The notes: generated from the sequence alone by a model not told the origin. Shown: positions 40,943 to 51,191, numbered from the whole stretch's first letter. The stretch: 62,786 nt of DNA, filler included, from Candidatus Woesearchaeota archaeon (GCA_030753365.1; 6 parts of 6 records of this genome joined end to end with filler, not necessarily neighbours in it); one strand, 5' to 3'. Translations and numbers: made by a program.

Positions 40943-42007
40943 ATGGATCTAATTGTTGAAAATGCATTAAAAAATTCTGATACTGATTTTAATACAGACG
41001 GTTTAGAAATAGGCAAGGCAAATATCAAAGTTATGGGTGTAGGCGGAGCCGGAAATAATATGGTTAACTGGCTTTACAAAAAGGGAATTAGAGGTGCAGA
41101 AATTCTTGCTTGTAACACAGACAAGCAACATATAGATTCTACTGAAGCAGACAAAAAGTTCCTTCTCGGAGCAAATCTAACAAGAGGTCTTGGCTGCGGA
41201 GGTTATCCAGCTAAAGGTTCTGAAGCTGCAAAGGAAACTATCCAGGAAATTAAAGAATCTCTAAAAGGCGCTGACATGATTTTTGTCTGCGCAGGCATGG
41301 GAGGCGGCACAGGCACAGGAGCTGCCCCAATTATAGCAAAGGTTGCTAAAGAAGCTGGCTCTATTGTTATTGGTACTGTTACTATGCCTTTCAATATAGA
41401 ACGGGCAAGGATTGACAAGGCAGAGTTTGGATTACAGCAGTTAAGGGATGTTAGTGACACTGTTATAGTCATAGATAATAATAGATTGGTTAACATTGCA
41501 GGCAATCTTCCTGTTAAGCAGGCTTTTGCTGTTGCAAACGAATTGATTGCTACTATGATAAGAGGCATTGTTGAAACAATCTCTGTTCCATCATTGGTTA
41601 ACCTTGATTTTGCTGATGTTAAAGCTATCATGAACAGTGGAGGAGTTGCTGCAATAGGTATAGGCTCTTCCGACACAGCTAATAGGGTTGAAGAAGCCGC
41701 TAAGAGCGCATTATCAAATCCTTTACTGGATATTAAATATGAAGGTGCTGACGGCGCATTGATTCACATAGAAGGTGGTCCTGAAATGACTCTGGACGAT
41801 GTCAGCAAAGTGGGAGAGATTATCACTGAGAGTCTTGACTCTACTGCAAACGTTATTTGGGGCGCAAGAGTCAGTGAAGAGATGAAAGGCAAGCTTTGTC
41901 TTATGGTCATTATCACAGGTGTTAACTCCCCCTGGATTCTGGGAAAGAAGGATGAAGTACAAGCAAGCAAAGAAATGAGTGATGATTTAGGAATATCAAC
42001 CATTTAA
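40943..42007 (+). CDS. ftsZ: Cell division protein FtsZ
   Basis: GVGGAGNN, GMGGGTGTG, NLDFADV. Confidence 0.97.
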   Translation: MDLIVENALKNSDTDFNTDGLEIGKANIKVMGVGGAGNNMVNWLYKKGIRGAEILACNTDKQHIDSTEADKKFLLGANLTRGLGCGGYPAKGSEAAKETIQEIKESLKGADMIFVCAGMGGGTGTGAAPIIAKVAKEAGSIVIGTVTMPFNIERARIDKAEFGLQQLRDVSDTVIVIDNNRLVNIAGNLPVKQAFAVANELIATMIRGIVETISVPSLVNLDFADVKAIMNSGGVAAIGIGSSDTANRVEEAAKSALSNPLLDIKYEGADGALIHIEGGPEMTLDDVSKVGEIITESLDSTANVIWGARVSEEMKGKLCLMVIITGVNSPWILGKKDEVQASKEMSDDLGISTI

Positions 42008-43384
42008 TTTTTTTATCCTTGCCCCTGTATCAGAATCTTCAACACCAAACCCTTTTTTCTTTATTTCTTCTCTTATTTTGTCAGCTTTATCCCAGTCTTT
42101 CTCTTTTCTTGCTTTCTCTCTTTGTCCAACCAATTTTTTTATACCTTCAGGAACTTTTTCATCCTGCTTGAGAATTCCTAGCACTTTATCAAAACCTTTC
42201 ATTAAAGCAATAACTTCCTTTGCATCACTTTTGCTTATGTTTTCTTTATTAATATCTCTTACAAAGTCAAACACACTCGCTAATGCTTCAGGAATTCCTA
42301 TATCATTGTCCATTGCTGATTCAAACCTCTCCTTCGCTTTTTTAATAAGCACATCAACTTTTTTATTATTTTCTTTCCTTTTAACATTCTTAAGATTGAA
42401 CACAAAGTCATTTATTCTGGTAACAGAGTTCTTTGCTGCTTCTAAACAATCTAACGTAAAGTTAAGCCTCTGCCTGTAATGCGTGCTCATAAGAAGGTAT
42501 CTTACAGCCACTGAACTATAGCCTTTTTCTAACAAATCCCTTAAAGTATAGAAATTGTTGAGAGACTTGCTCATCTTCTTTCCTTCTACTAATAGCCATT
42601 CATTATGTATCCAATAATTTACAAACTTCTTGCCTGTTGCAGCCCCTGACTGCGCTATTTCATTCTGATGATGCGGGAACACTAAGTCAACCCCCCCTGT
42701 ATGTATGTCAAAATTATTTCCAAGATACTTCATTGACATTGCAGAACATTCTATGTGCCAGCCAGGCCTTCCTTTTCCTGCTTCAATCTTCCAGAATACG
42801 TCTCCATCTTCCTTGTCCCAAGCTTTCCATAATGCAAAGTCATTCAATTGTCCTTTCTCATATTCATCCTGTTTTACTCTTGCTCCTGCTTTGAGTTCAT
42901 CAATTTTAAGATTTGCAAGTTTCCCATAACTCTTAAACTTAGAAATATCATAGTATATTGAGCCATCTTCACTTTTATATGCAATCCCTTTTTTATCCAG
43001 CTTACTGATTAATTCAGCCATTTCTTTAATATGTTCTGTTGCCTTTGGAAATACATCAGCTGGCTCTATGTTTAATGCTTTCAAATCTTCAAAGAAGGCT
43101 TTTGTATATTTGTCTGTAAACTTTTTCAAAGAAACTCCTTGTTTCCTGCTTCCTTTAATGGTCTTGTCATCTACATCTGTAATGTTCATCACATGTTTTA
43201 CTTTATAGTTCTTATATTCAAAATACCTTCTTAGAATGTCTGCGCAGATATAAGCCCTGAAATTTCCTATATGCGCATAGTCATACACTGTAGGGCCGCA
43301 TGTATACATACTAACATAATCAACCTTAATAGGCTTGAATGTTTCAGTTTTCCTTGTTAGTGTATTGTATAGTTTTAAGGTCAT
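41996..43384 (-). CDS. cysS: Cysteine--tRNA ligase
   Basis: CGPTVY, HIGN, GRPGWHIECS, KMSKS. Confidence 0.97.
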   Translation of the reverse strand: MTLKLYNTLTRKTETFKPIKVDYVSMYTCGPTVYDYAHIGNFRAYICADILRRYFEYKNYKVKHVMNITDVDDKTIKGSRKQGVSLKKFTDKYTKAFFEDLKALNIEPADVFPKATEHIKEMAELISKLDKKGIAYKSEDGSIYYDISKFKSYGKLANLKIDELKAGARVKQDEYEKGQLNDFALWKAWDKEDGDVFWKIEAGKGRPGWHIECSAMSMKYLGNNFDIHTGGVDLVFPHHQNEIAQSGAATGKKFVNYWIHNEWLLVEGKKMSKSLNNFYTLRDLLEKGYSSVAVRYLLMSTHYRQRLNFTLDCLEAAKNSVTRINDFVFNLKNVKRKENNKKVDVLIKKAKERFESAMDNDIGIPEALASVFDFVRDINKENISKSDAKEVIALMKGFDKVLGILKQDEKVPEGIKKLVGQREKARKEKDWDKADKIREEIKKKGFGVEDSDTGARIKKLNG

Positions 43385-43391
43385 CTTTAAT

Positions 43392-43491
43392 NNNNNNNNN
43401 NNNNNNNNNNNNNNNNNNNNNNNNNNNNNNNNNNNTTAATTAATTAANNNNNNNNNNNNNNNNNNNNNNNNNNNNNNNNNNNNNNNNNNNN
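43392..43491. other. Artificial contig linker
   Basis: N-run with TTAATTAATTAA. Confidence 0.98.
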
Positions 43492-44861
43492 TAAATAGCT
43501 GTTGTAAGTTCTTCTCTCATTGAGCCAAGCCTTTGTAGATTTTCTTCGTGTTTTTCGTATAACGCATCATCACTATATTCACTATAATATGTAAGATGGT
43601 CATCAACCTTTTCTTCAGTATAAGGAAGAAGTTGTCTTAGTTCCAGTTGTTTCTCTCTAGGATTTCTCACTCTTACAGAAGGATTTTCTAGTGAATTTTT
43701 CAAACTTTCAAGCCTGTCCACTTCATCAGAATAAAAGTCCACAAGCCTTACGAATTCAGCATACATTTTACCTTCTTTGGTATGTTTCTTAATAATATTA
43801 GCTACTCCTTGACCTACATTATACAACAATCCATTTCTAGGAGTTTCTTCTATTGATTCAACACTTTCTTCAGGTTGTTCTTCATAAACAAGATTATCTT
43901 CTAGTTCTGATGTTTCCCTTGGTTCTCTTCGGAATACTTCAGTCAACCTATTATAAACACTAGCTACTCCTTGGCCTACATTATACAATAACCCGTTTCC
44001 AGACTCTTCTTCTGTTGATTCAACACTTTCTTCAGGTTGTTCATAAACAGGATTATCTTCTGTTAATGTCTCTACCATAGTACCAAGTTCTTCTTCATTA
44101 GGCTCTTCATCATCTCCAAGGTCTTCTAACCCAGAATTATCATCCTCTGGAACTTCATAGTCTAGTATATCATCAATTTCTTCATGTGAAAATCCAGTTG
44201 TTTCTTCATCAGATACCTGCTCTTCAGCCTGATAAGGGGCTTCTTCTAGTTCTCTATAAGTTTCAGAGATATCAGATTTAAGTTCACTAATAACATTTTC
44301 CATTTGTTCTATTGGATTTAACTTTCTATTAACATCCTTTTCTTCTAATTCTTTATAAGTCTCAGATATGTCAGATTTAAGTTCACTGACAATGCTTTCC
44401 ATCTGTTCTAACAAGTTTGGTCCTTTATTATAATCACTTGCTTCTTTAGTATTATCAATTACGTTTAACACAGCGCTTTCCAGCTGTTCATATTCTTCAT
44501 TTGGTTCTTGATTTTCTACATTTAGTTCAACTGATTCTCCAGTCAATAATTGTCCAACTTCTTTTTCTGTGATTTTCGTTTCTGATTTTTCTTCAGAGTC
44601 TAAGTTAAGATAAACAGAAGCTTCGTCTTCTTCAACACTATCTTCTAATCCAAAAGGATTATCATCAGAAGCTAGTAACTTATCTATCTCTTCTGGTGAA
44701 AGCATTAATTCTTCAGCTTGATAAGGAGCTTCTTCATCTTTTCTAGTTATACCATAAGTATCCTTACTTTTAGCAGAACTAATCCTTGATTCCCTTAATT
44801 CAATAGCTCTTGCAAGTAGTCCTTTACCTTTTGATTTCGCTTTTTCGGTTAGATTTTCCAT
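43492..44861 (-). CDS. Highly acidic protein with internal duplications (3' end at contig edge)
   Basis: EEAPYQAEE x2, QME..SELKSDISETY.ELEE x2, EQPEESVES..NGLLYNVGQGVA x2. Confidence 0.7.
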
Positions 44862-44947
44862 TTTGATGATAACTGTTATTTATCACTTAATAGTGATACA
44901 TCTATATATAAACCTTTCGGTTTTAAAGCTTTAAAAATGATAGAAAA

Positions 44948-44969
44948 TGCAAAGAGGAGGACTTGAACC
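44948..44969 (-). repeat. Duplicated tRNA-Leu 3' end (att-like)
   Basis: 20/22 identity to 45041-45062. Confidence 0.7.
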
Positions 44970-45040
44970 AAGGGTCTTGTTCCTTGATCCCGAGTGCGAT
45001 ATTCCTCGCTCTGCTCGGAAATCCCACGAAAAGAAATAAA

Positions 45041-45203
45041 TGCGGAGAGGAGGACTTGAACCCCCGTAGGCACTAAGCCAATAGATGGCTCACTGAGCAC
45101 TTCATCGACCTTTTGTAAGGCCTCATAACTCAAATGACTTGAGTGTGGATATTTAGTACCTATGACTAAACTCTATCCCGTTTGGCCACTCCGGCATCTC
45201 CGC
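45041..45203 (-). tRNA. tRNA-Leu(CAA) with introns at 30/31 (45145-45172) and 37/38 (45087-45137)
   Basis: Acceptor GCGGAGA/TCTCCGC-A, Leu variable arm, BHB helices GGAT/ATCC and CTCA/TGAG. Confidence 0.8.
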
Positions 45204-45224
45204 GAATGAACGTGAGTGAATGAA

Positions 45225-45321
45225 CGGAGGCTTGAAAATTTGTAATTTTCATTGTCTCCGCGTAAGGAGCATAAGCGACTGGAGCGGAGGCTTGAAAATT
45301 TGTAATTTTCATTGTCTCCGC
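45225..45321 (-). repeat. Two identical 37-bp hairpin repeats, period 60
   Basis: CGGAGGCTTGAAAATTTGTAATTTTCATTGTCTCCGC at 45225 and 45285. Confidence 0.9.
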
Positions 45322-45502
45322 ATGGTGAGTGTTTAACTTACCCATTCTCCAAGACTTTCGAATTGAGGCTCTGTGCATAATGCATGTTGGTTTAGTGAGC
45401 AACAGATTGTTGCCTAAAATGAGCCAGCAATTTTTGAACCTGAAGAATAGCTCTTCACACTCTATTAAACTATTAGAAAAAAGTAGCCCTTTAAATATCT
45501 TA

Positions 45503-45865
45503 CTAAACTAATGCCTTTAATTTTGATTCTATATCCTCAAGTTCACTCTCTAACAGATCAAACTGATTTGTCTTCCTTACTTCTACAACCGATTTAACTC
45601 CTGGAGAAGCCTTAACAGCATTTCTCCTAATAACAACCTTAACCTTTGGCAGCTCCAGCCTAAGCTGCGAATTCAATTTTGCCAGTTCTAAAAGAATATC
45701 CTTAAGCTGCATTATAGTTTTTATCTTTTCTTCTCTTATTCTCTTAATCTGTTCATGCTTTTGCAACAGAGAAATAATGTCTTTCAGGCACTCCAGAATG
45801 TTCCTTCTAAATTGATCACTATCCCTTATCCTTATATAACTAAATTCATCTCCTTCAGTTCCCAT
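45503..45865 (-). CDS. Coiled-coil hypothetical protein
   Basis: YIRI.D...RR.ILE; last of three coupled coiled-coil genes. Confidence 0.7.
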   Translation of the reverse strand: MGTEGDEFSYIRIRDSDQFRRNILECLKDIISLLQKHEQIKRIREEKIKTIMQLKDILLELAKLNSQLRLELPKVKVVIRRNAVKASPGVKSVVEVRKTNQFDLLESELEDIESKLKALV

Positions 45866-45875
45866 TTTCCAATAA

Positions 45876-46118
45876 TTAGCCTTCCTGTTCAAACAAAGCC
45901 TTATCTATCAGTTCTATCTTTCTTTCCACTTCTTCAAGCGTAGAACTCCACTTGTCAATTTCTGTATCCTCTTCTATTTTTAGAGTAGAAATATGACTCA
46001 AAGTAGCTCTTGCCTGATTAAGCTTCTTTTTAGCCACATTCATTAAATTTTGTATATCTTCATATTCATCTATTCTCACAAACATTGGTGTTCTGCCATC
46101 CATTTCATTCACCTTCAC
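45876..46118 (-). CDS. Small coiled-coil protein
   Basis: PMFVRIDEY...W...LEEVERKI..IDK.LFE. Confidence 0.75.
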   Translation of the reverse strand: MKVNEMDGRTPMFVRIDEYEDIQNLMNVAKKKLNQARATLSHISTLKIEEDTEIDKWSSTLEEVERKIELIDKALFEQEG

Positions 46119-46876
46119 TTTTCATACAATATCTTATCAACATATATCAATTTCCTTTGCATATCTTCAAGGCTTGTTCTCCATCTCTCAAACTCTTTAT
46201 CCTTGCTATTTTTTATATTATTAAGATTTAAAACCAAATCCTCTGACTGTTTAAGTTTATCTTTAATAATCGATATTCCTTCAAGTATAGACCTATAAGA
46301 ATCCTGTTTTACAAACAAAGGCCCACTAACCTTCCTTTCAGCAACATCCTCTTCCCTTCTCAAAGGTGGAACAAACGGTTTATGCTCCTCTTCCTCATGA
46401 ACAGGCATAGGCATATGCTCTTTAGGCATTGTATGCTTAGGTGCTGTGAATAGCCCATGTTTTCTTTCAACCGTATGATGTGGTGCCATTCTATGTCCTA
46501 TAGGATGAACAGGCCTAGGACGATGAGCCATTGGCACATGCCTTTCTTCATGTTCAGTATCAGGCATTGCTGGAAACTGTTGAGCTTCAAACTTAGAAGG
46601 TGCTGGAGGATGTCTCAATCCATGTGGATAAGGTGGTAGAACATGAGGCTGTCCAACTCCTGGATGCACTGGAGCTCCTGTAGGTTCCTTATGCATTTCT
46701 CTATGCTTTGGAACTATCGGCTCTAAAGGCGGCAATGGAGGCAAACCTTCTCTTACCTTTTTCTCTTTCTTCTTATCCTTCTTCTTCAAAACAGATTTAG
46801 GTGGAAGTGGTGGAGGCGGCGGCATATCTAAAGCCTCTCCTCCCTCTTTTTTCTTAAACAATTTTAAAAATCCCAT
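46115..46876 (-). CDS. Pro/His-rich protein with C-terminal coiled coil paralogous to 45876..46118
   Basis: PLFVKQDSY...W..SLEDMQRKL..VDK.LYE. Confidence 0.75.
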   Translation of the reverse strand: MGFLKLFKKKEGGEALDMPPPPPLPPKSVLKKKDKKKEKKVREGLPPLPPLEPIVPKHREMHKEPTGAPVHPGVGQPHVLPPYPHGLRHPPAPSKFEAQQFPAMPDTEHEERHVPMAHRPRPVHPIGHRMAPHHTVERKHGLFTAPKHTMPKEHMPMPVHEEEEHKPFVPPLRREEDVAERKVSGPLFVKQDSYRSILEGISIIKDKLKQSEDLVLNLNNIKNSKDKEFERWRTSLEDMQRKLIYVDKILYEK

Positions 46877-46960
46877 TAAATACCCCTATAATTAACAATA
46901 TACCAACCTCTGTATATTATAAACTTTATGTAGCATTTCAAAATAGTAACAGAAATAAAA

Positions 46961-47301
46961 TGTAGGGCAAGAATAAGCCACCTTCTGTCAGGCCCTTTTG
47001 TGTAACATTAAGTTACGATAGCCTGCCTTAGCATTTAACTAAGCGTTTGACATAACAATGCCTTCAACTTGCACAAACCAGGTCCCATGTTTCATCCTTT
47101 CATGCTAAAACGTCAGTTGGTTAACTCACCCAAGTCACCTCAGGCTTCGCAACATCATCCTGTTAACATGTGGTTTATTTTCTGAATGGGTTGCCATCCG
47201 TTTCCGGATCTCTCTTCCAAGAGTGGCAATTTTTCAGTCAAATTGACTGTGTGGGTGGACTTTCCTCACATTAGATGCGAAAGCTAAGTACTTACCCTAC
47301 A
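46961..47301 (-). ncRNA. rnpB: Archaeal RNase P RNA
   Basis: GAGGAAAGTCCACC and ACAGAAGGTGGCTT forming P4; terminal helix TGTAGGGTAAG/CTTGCCCTACA. Confidence 0.9.
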
Positions 47302-47353
47302 TTATAGAAAAAAGAGTGTTTTGTTTATAAAGGTTACTGGTTTTTAAGAAATC

Positions 47354-48094
47354 TTACTCATTCTCAACCCTTGGAGCAAGCACAAAAGCCAGCTGTAGTT
47401 TGTCAACAACTGTATACTCAAGCTTCAAAGGATAATCCTTATCAAACTGCATTGTAACTTCACTTGCAAGCTTAGAAGCAGGAATCATCTTCTTAAGATA
47501 TTCTATAGAATATTTCGCTTTTACATTATCAGCAGTTGATGTTATCTTCGTTTCATCACTCTCCTGAACCTCTATCTTTGCCTGGCTAAGGTCACCTTCT
47601 GCAAGAATAGTAAACTTTTTTGCTTCTGCCTGGAACATCACTGACTCTGCAACAATATCAACATCTTCGATAGTATCATTAAGAAGGGCTGATGTTGTCT
47701 TTATACTTATTGGGAACTTTAGTTCAGGCACTTTCTGTTCTTTTTCTTCCAAATCAATGATAGGCAATGAGAATGTTCTTGTGGTATTGCTCTTCAACTG
47801 AATCTTAAGCTTATTTTCTTCTAATTCAAGAGTCAATATATCTTCAGGCTTTGCTCTTCTAAGAATTTGCTTAAAGTTACTCAAATTTATTGCCATGTCA
47901 ATCTCTTTATCAACATTATATTCTGTAAAGCTTGAAGATAATAATTTAAATATAACCATTGCCACATTTGCAGGGTCCATTGCAACCAATTCTATTGCAT
48001 CTGGAGTTACCTTAAACCTTGCTTCATTCACTAAATCAGAAATGATTGATATGCTCTCTTTTAAGTATCTTGGTTCCGCTAGAGAAAGTTTCAT
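47354..48094 (-). CDS. pcn: PCNA sliding clamp
   Basis: AMDPANVAMV, KYSIEYL, DYPL, LAPRVE. Confidence 0.96.
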   Translation of the reverse strand: MKLSLAEPRYLKESISIISDLVNEARFKVTPDAIELVAMDPANVAMVIFKLLSSSFTEYNVDKEIDMAINLSNFKQILRRAKPEDILTLELEENKLKIQLKSNTTRTFSLPIIDLEEKEQKVPELKFPISIKTTSALLNDTIEDVDIVAESVMFQAEAKKFTILAEGDLSQAKIEVQESDETKITSTADNVKAKYSIEYLKKMIPASKLASEVTMQFDKDYPLKLEYTVVDKLQLAFVLAPRVENE

Positions 48095-48246
48095 TTTTTA
48101 AACCTCAAAAACTAAACCAACTAATTTGCTGGTTTTTGTAAGTTTCATTTTTTACCCCTTTAGAAAAGGTAAATTCAACATATATTTAAAGGCTTCGATT
48201 TGATTTTGATAAAAACCTTTATAAAAACCTACACTAATTCTAACCT

Positions 48247-48762
48247 ATGGCAGACAATATTATAATATTTTGCGCGCATAACGATGACAACCTCTTAGGA
48301 GTAGGTGGCACTATTGCAAGATATGCAAGCGAAGGCATGAACATTGTTACAGTTATTTTCTCTTATGGCGAGAGCAGCCATCCCTGGCTTAAAGCAAAAG
48401 TTACTCAGGATATGAGAAAAAAGGAATGCGAGGAAGCTAATAAAGTCATTGGAGGCAATGATATTATTTATTTTGGGCTTAAAGACTCAAAGCTTGAGGA
48501 AGAGGTTACTAAGAACAAAACTAAGATTGAAAACAAGATAAAAGAGATACTAGATAAGTTCAAGCCAAGAAAAATCTTTACTCATGCTTTCAGCGATCCT
48601 CATCCAGACCACAAAGCTGTCACTAATGTCTTACTAACTGTATTAGACAAGAAATCTATGAACTACGATGTATATTCCTACTGTGTATGGGATCCAATTG
48701 AAATGGACAAGAACAAGTTTCCTAATCTTGTTGTTGATATAAGCAAACATTACGGCACTAAG
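48247..48762 (+). CDS. PIG-L/LmbE-family deacetylase (3' truncated)
   Basis: AHNDD...GGT; DPHPDH. Confidence 0.88.
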
Positions 48763-48862
48763 NNNNNNNNNNNNNNNNNNNNNNNNNNNNNNNNNNNNNN
48801 NNNNNNTTAATTAATTAANNNNNNNNNNNNNNNNNNNNNNNNNNNNNNNNNNNNNNNNNNNN
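48763..48862. other. Artificial contig linker
   Basis: N-run with TTAATTAATTAA. Confidence 0.98.
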
Positions 48863-48940
48863 AAGCGTTGGAAAATAGTGAATGGAAAAAAGAGGCAATA
48901 AAAGAAGCGTTCTCGTTATTAAAAAAGTAAAAAAGAATAA

Positions 48941-49516
48941 TTATGATCTTTGTCTAATGTCGTACATGATTTCTTCTAGTTTCTTTAGATTCCATTTAAT
49001 TGAATCGCTTTTTCTTCTTAACTGGCTATTCCGAAGATTAAACTTAAGGAATTCGCCATAGATTTCTTCTACTGTGTCTTTGATGAGTTCTACTTCTTTG
49101 AATTGTCTTTTTGTTGCAAGGGAGACTGCTCTTCTTCCAAGTTCCCCTGTTAGGTCGCATAGGCCTAGAAGGTAGTCTTCGCTGTTTACTCCCAATGTTT
49201 TCTTTGATGGCAGTTTCTTGTGCATAACAAAGTAGTAATAACTGAAGGCTTCTGCATATTCCTGCAAGGCGCTGGAGTATGATGGCTCTGCGCTGAGCTC
49301 TTTTGTTTTTTTTGCAGTTTTGTCTAGTTTGAACTTTGCAGCTTTGATTTGTTTTAGAAGACCTTTTGTTTCTCCTAGGTTATCCCTATGCACTGAGTAG
49401 ATCATGCATTTTGAGAGTTTTAGCAAGGCTCTGCCTTCATTAATTAGCACTTCTCTTTGCTTGTCATAGGTTTCAAGCTCTTTTCTGATTTTTGTGAATT
49501 CTTTTTTGTTTATCAT
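48941..49516 (-). CDS. Translin/Trax (C3PO-like) protein
   Basis: QEYAEA; DYLLGLCDLTGELGR; LRRK.D. Confidence 0.85.
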   Translation of the reverse strand: MINKKEFTKIRKELETYDKQREVLINEGRALLKLSKCMIYSVHRDNLGETKGLLKQIKAAKFKLDKTAKKTKELSAEPSYSSALQEYAEAFSYYYFVMHKKLPSKKTLGVNSEDYLLGLCDLTGELGRRAVSLATKRQFKEVELIKDTVEEIYGEFLKFNLRNSQLRRKSDSIKWNLKKLEEIMYDIRQRS

Positions 49517-49522
49517 TTTAGA

Positions 49523-51043
49523 TTAGACCATCTTACTGTTTCTTAAAAAGTCAAGCTCTTGTGAGAAGAGCTGCCTTATATCTTTTATGCCTAGGTTGAA
49601 CATGCCGATTCTGTCAATTCCTATGCCCCAAGCTAGGACTGGAACGTCTATGTCTAAAGGTTTGCACATTTCAGGCCGAAAGATGCCTGCTCCAGCTAGT
49701 TCTATCCAGCCAAGGTCTGGATGTTTTGCGTGTAGTTCTGCTGAAGGTTCTGTGAATGGAAAGTAAGCAGGGACTATCTTGATTTTGTCTGTTTGACAGA
49801 ATTCTTCTGCAAACATTTTTAGCACACCTTTGAGATGCCTGAAGTTTAGGCCTTCTTCTACTATGATGCCTTCTGTTTGGTAGAAGTCTACAAGGTGAGT
49901 TGCGTCTATTACGTCTGAACGAAAGCATCTTACCATTCCAAAGTATTTGCCAGGGATTTCAAGCTTTTCTGAGGCTAGCATTCTTGCTGAGCAGGCTGTT
50001 CCCTGGGTTCTTAATAGATGCCTATGAGTTCTTTTGGTATCGAATTTGTAGCCCCAGCCTGTTGAGCCGGTTTTGAAGCCGGTTTCATGGGCTTCTTTGA
50101 CTTTTTTTACAAGACGCTCGTCAAGTTCTCCATATCTTGGCTCTTTGACATAGTAAGCGTCATGGATGTCTCTTGCAGAATGGAATTGGGGCATGAATAA
50201 TGAGTCCATGTTCCAGAAGTCTGTTTCTACAACTGGACCTGTCATTTCCTTGAAGCCAAGGGACATGAACTTTCTTCTTACCAAATCCTGGAATTTTCTG
50301 TATGGTTGTTTCTTGCCAGGGTATTCTTTGGGAACATTGATTTTTATGTCATATGCTCTGAATTGCTTATCTTTCCATGAGCCTGTTTTTAACATTGAGG
50401 TTGTGAGTCTGTCTACGATGTTTTCTGCGGTTAGGTCTTCTTCTAATAGTTCTTTGCCTAGAGGTGTGAGAAGGGCTTTTTTTAGCTTAACTACCTGAAC
50501 TTTTATTATGTCTTTTCTTTTCTTTAGGTTGTTTAATGCAAAAACTTCTTCTTCTTTGAGAGATTTTATGTCAAGAGGGAATGTTTTGGTTATGAATTCT
50601 TCTTCAAGGAAGCCTTTTTCAAGAAGGCTTTTGCCATGCTTGGTTATTGCAACCATTAGCTCTGTGCCTTCTTTTTTTATGTCTATGGCTGCTTTGCTTC
50701 TTAGGATGCCAAGGCATGAGCTTAGTTCTTCTTTTGAGAGGTTTGCTTTTGTTCCTATTTCGGTTAATGAGGTTTTGGTGTCAATGTGAGAAAGGAATCG
50801 TTTCTCAGGCAGACCTGCCTGAAGGTATTTTTTGCCGTTGTCTTCCAGACTGGCCATTTCTTTGAGTTCCTGGCTTATTTTTAAGATGTTTTTGTTTTCC
50901 AGCCATTGGAATGCCCGCATGACTTCTATTTCGTCTAGACCTGTTTCTTTGCTGAGGTCTTTTGTGTTGTCAAACTTGTCTAATAGAGGCAGTACTTTTC
51001 TTTCAAATTTGTGTAGTGTGTTGATTAGAGCTGTATTGTCCAT
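49523..51043 (-). CDS. pheS: Phenylalanine--tRNA ligase alpha subunit, archaeal long form
   Basis: WNMDSLFMPQFHSARD, YFPFTEPS, GAGIFRPE. Confidence 0.96.
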   Translation of the reverse strand: MDNTALINTLHKFERKVLPLLDKFDNTKDLSKETGLDEIEVMRAFQWLENKNILKISQELKEMASLEDNGKKYLQAGLPEKRFLSHIDTKTSLTEIGTKANLSKEELSSCLGILRSKAAIDIKKEGTELMVAITKHGKSLLEKGFLEEEFITKTFPLDIKSLKEEEVFALNNLKKRKDIIKVQVVKLKKALLTPLGKELLEEDLTAENIVDRLTTSMLKTGSWKDKQFRAYDIKINVPKEYPGKKQPYRKFQDLVRRKFMSLGFKEMTGPVVETDFWNMDSLFMPQFHSARDIHDAYYVKEPRYGELDERLVKKVKEAHETGFKTGSTGWGYKFDTKRTHRHLLRTQGTACSARMLASEKLEIPGKYFGMVRCFRSDVIDATHLVDFYQTEGIIVEEGLNFRHLKGVLKMFAEEFCQTDKIKIVPAYFPFTEPSAELHAKHPDLGWIELAGAGIFRPEMCKPLDIDVPVLAWGIGIDRIGMFNLGIKDIRQLFSQELDFLRNSKMV

Positions 51044-51191
51044 GTTAAGAGTAGAAAGAAGTTAGAAGTTTTAAAAGCTTTTGGTATTGGATAAGTAAGA
51101 ATGCTTTTTTTGGAATATATTTTGGAAACTACAAATACTTATAATGTTATTGTTATTCTATTAAAGATTAAAAATATTAGGAGGAATTTAA

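Noticed and set aside
45225..45321. CRISPR array
   Set aside because: Only two full repeats, 21-23-nt spacers, no cas genes or leader; better explained as hairpin repeats tied to the tRNA.
44876..45511. ORFs overlapping the tRNA-Leu locus
   Set aside because: They translate tRNA and repeat sequence.
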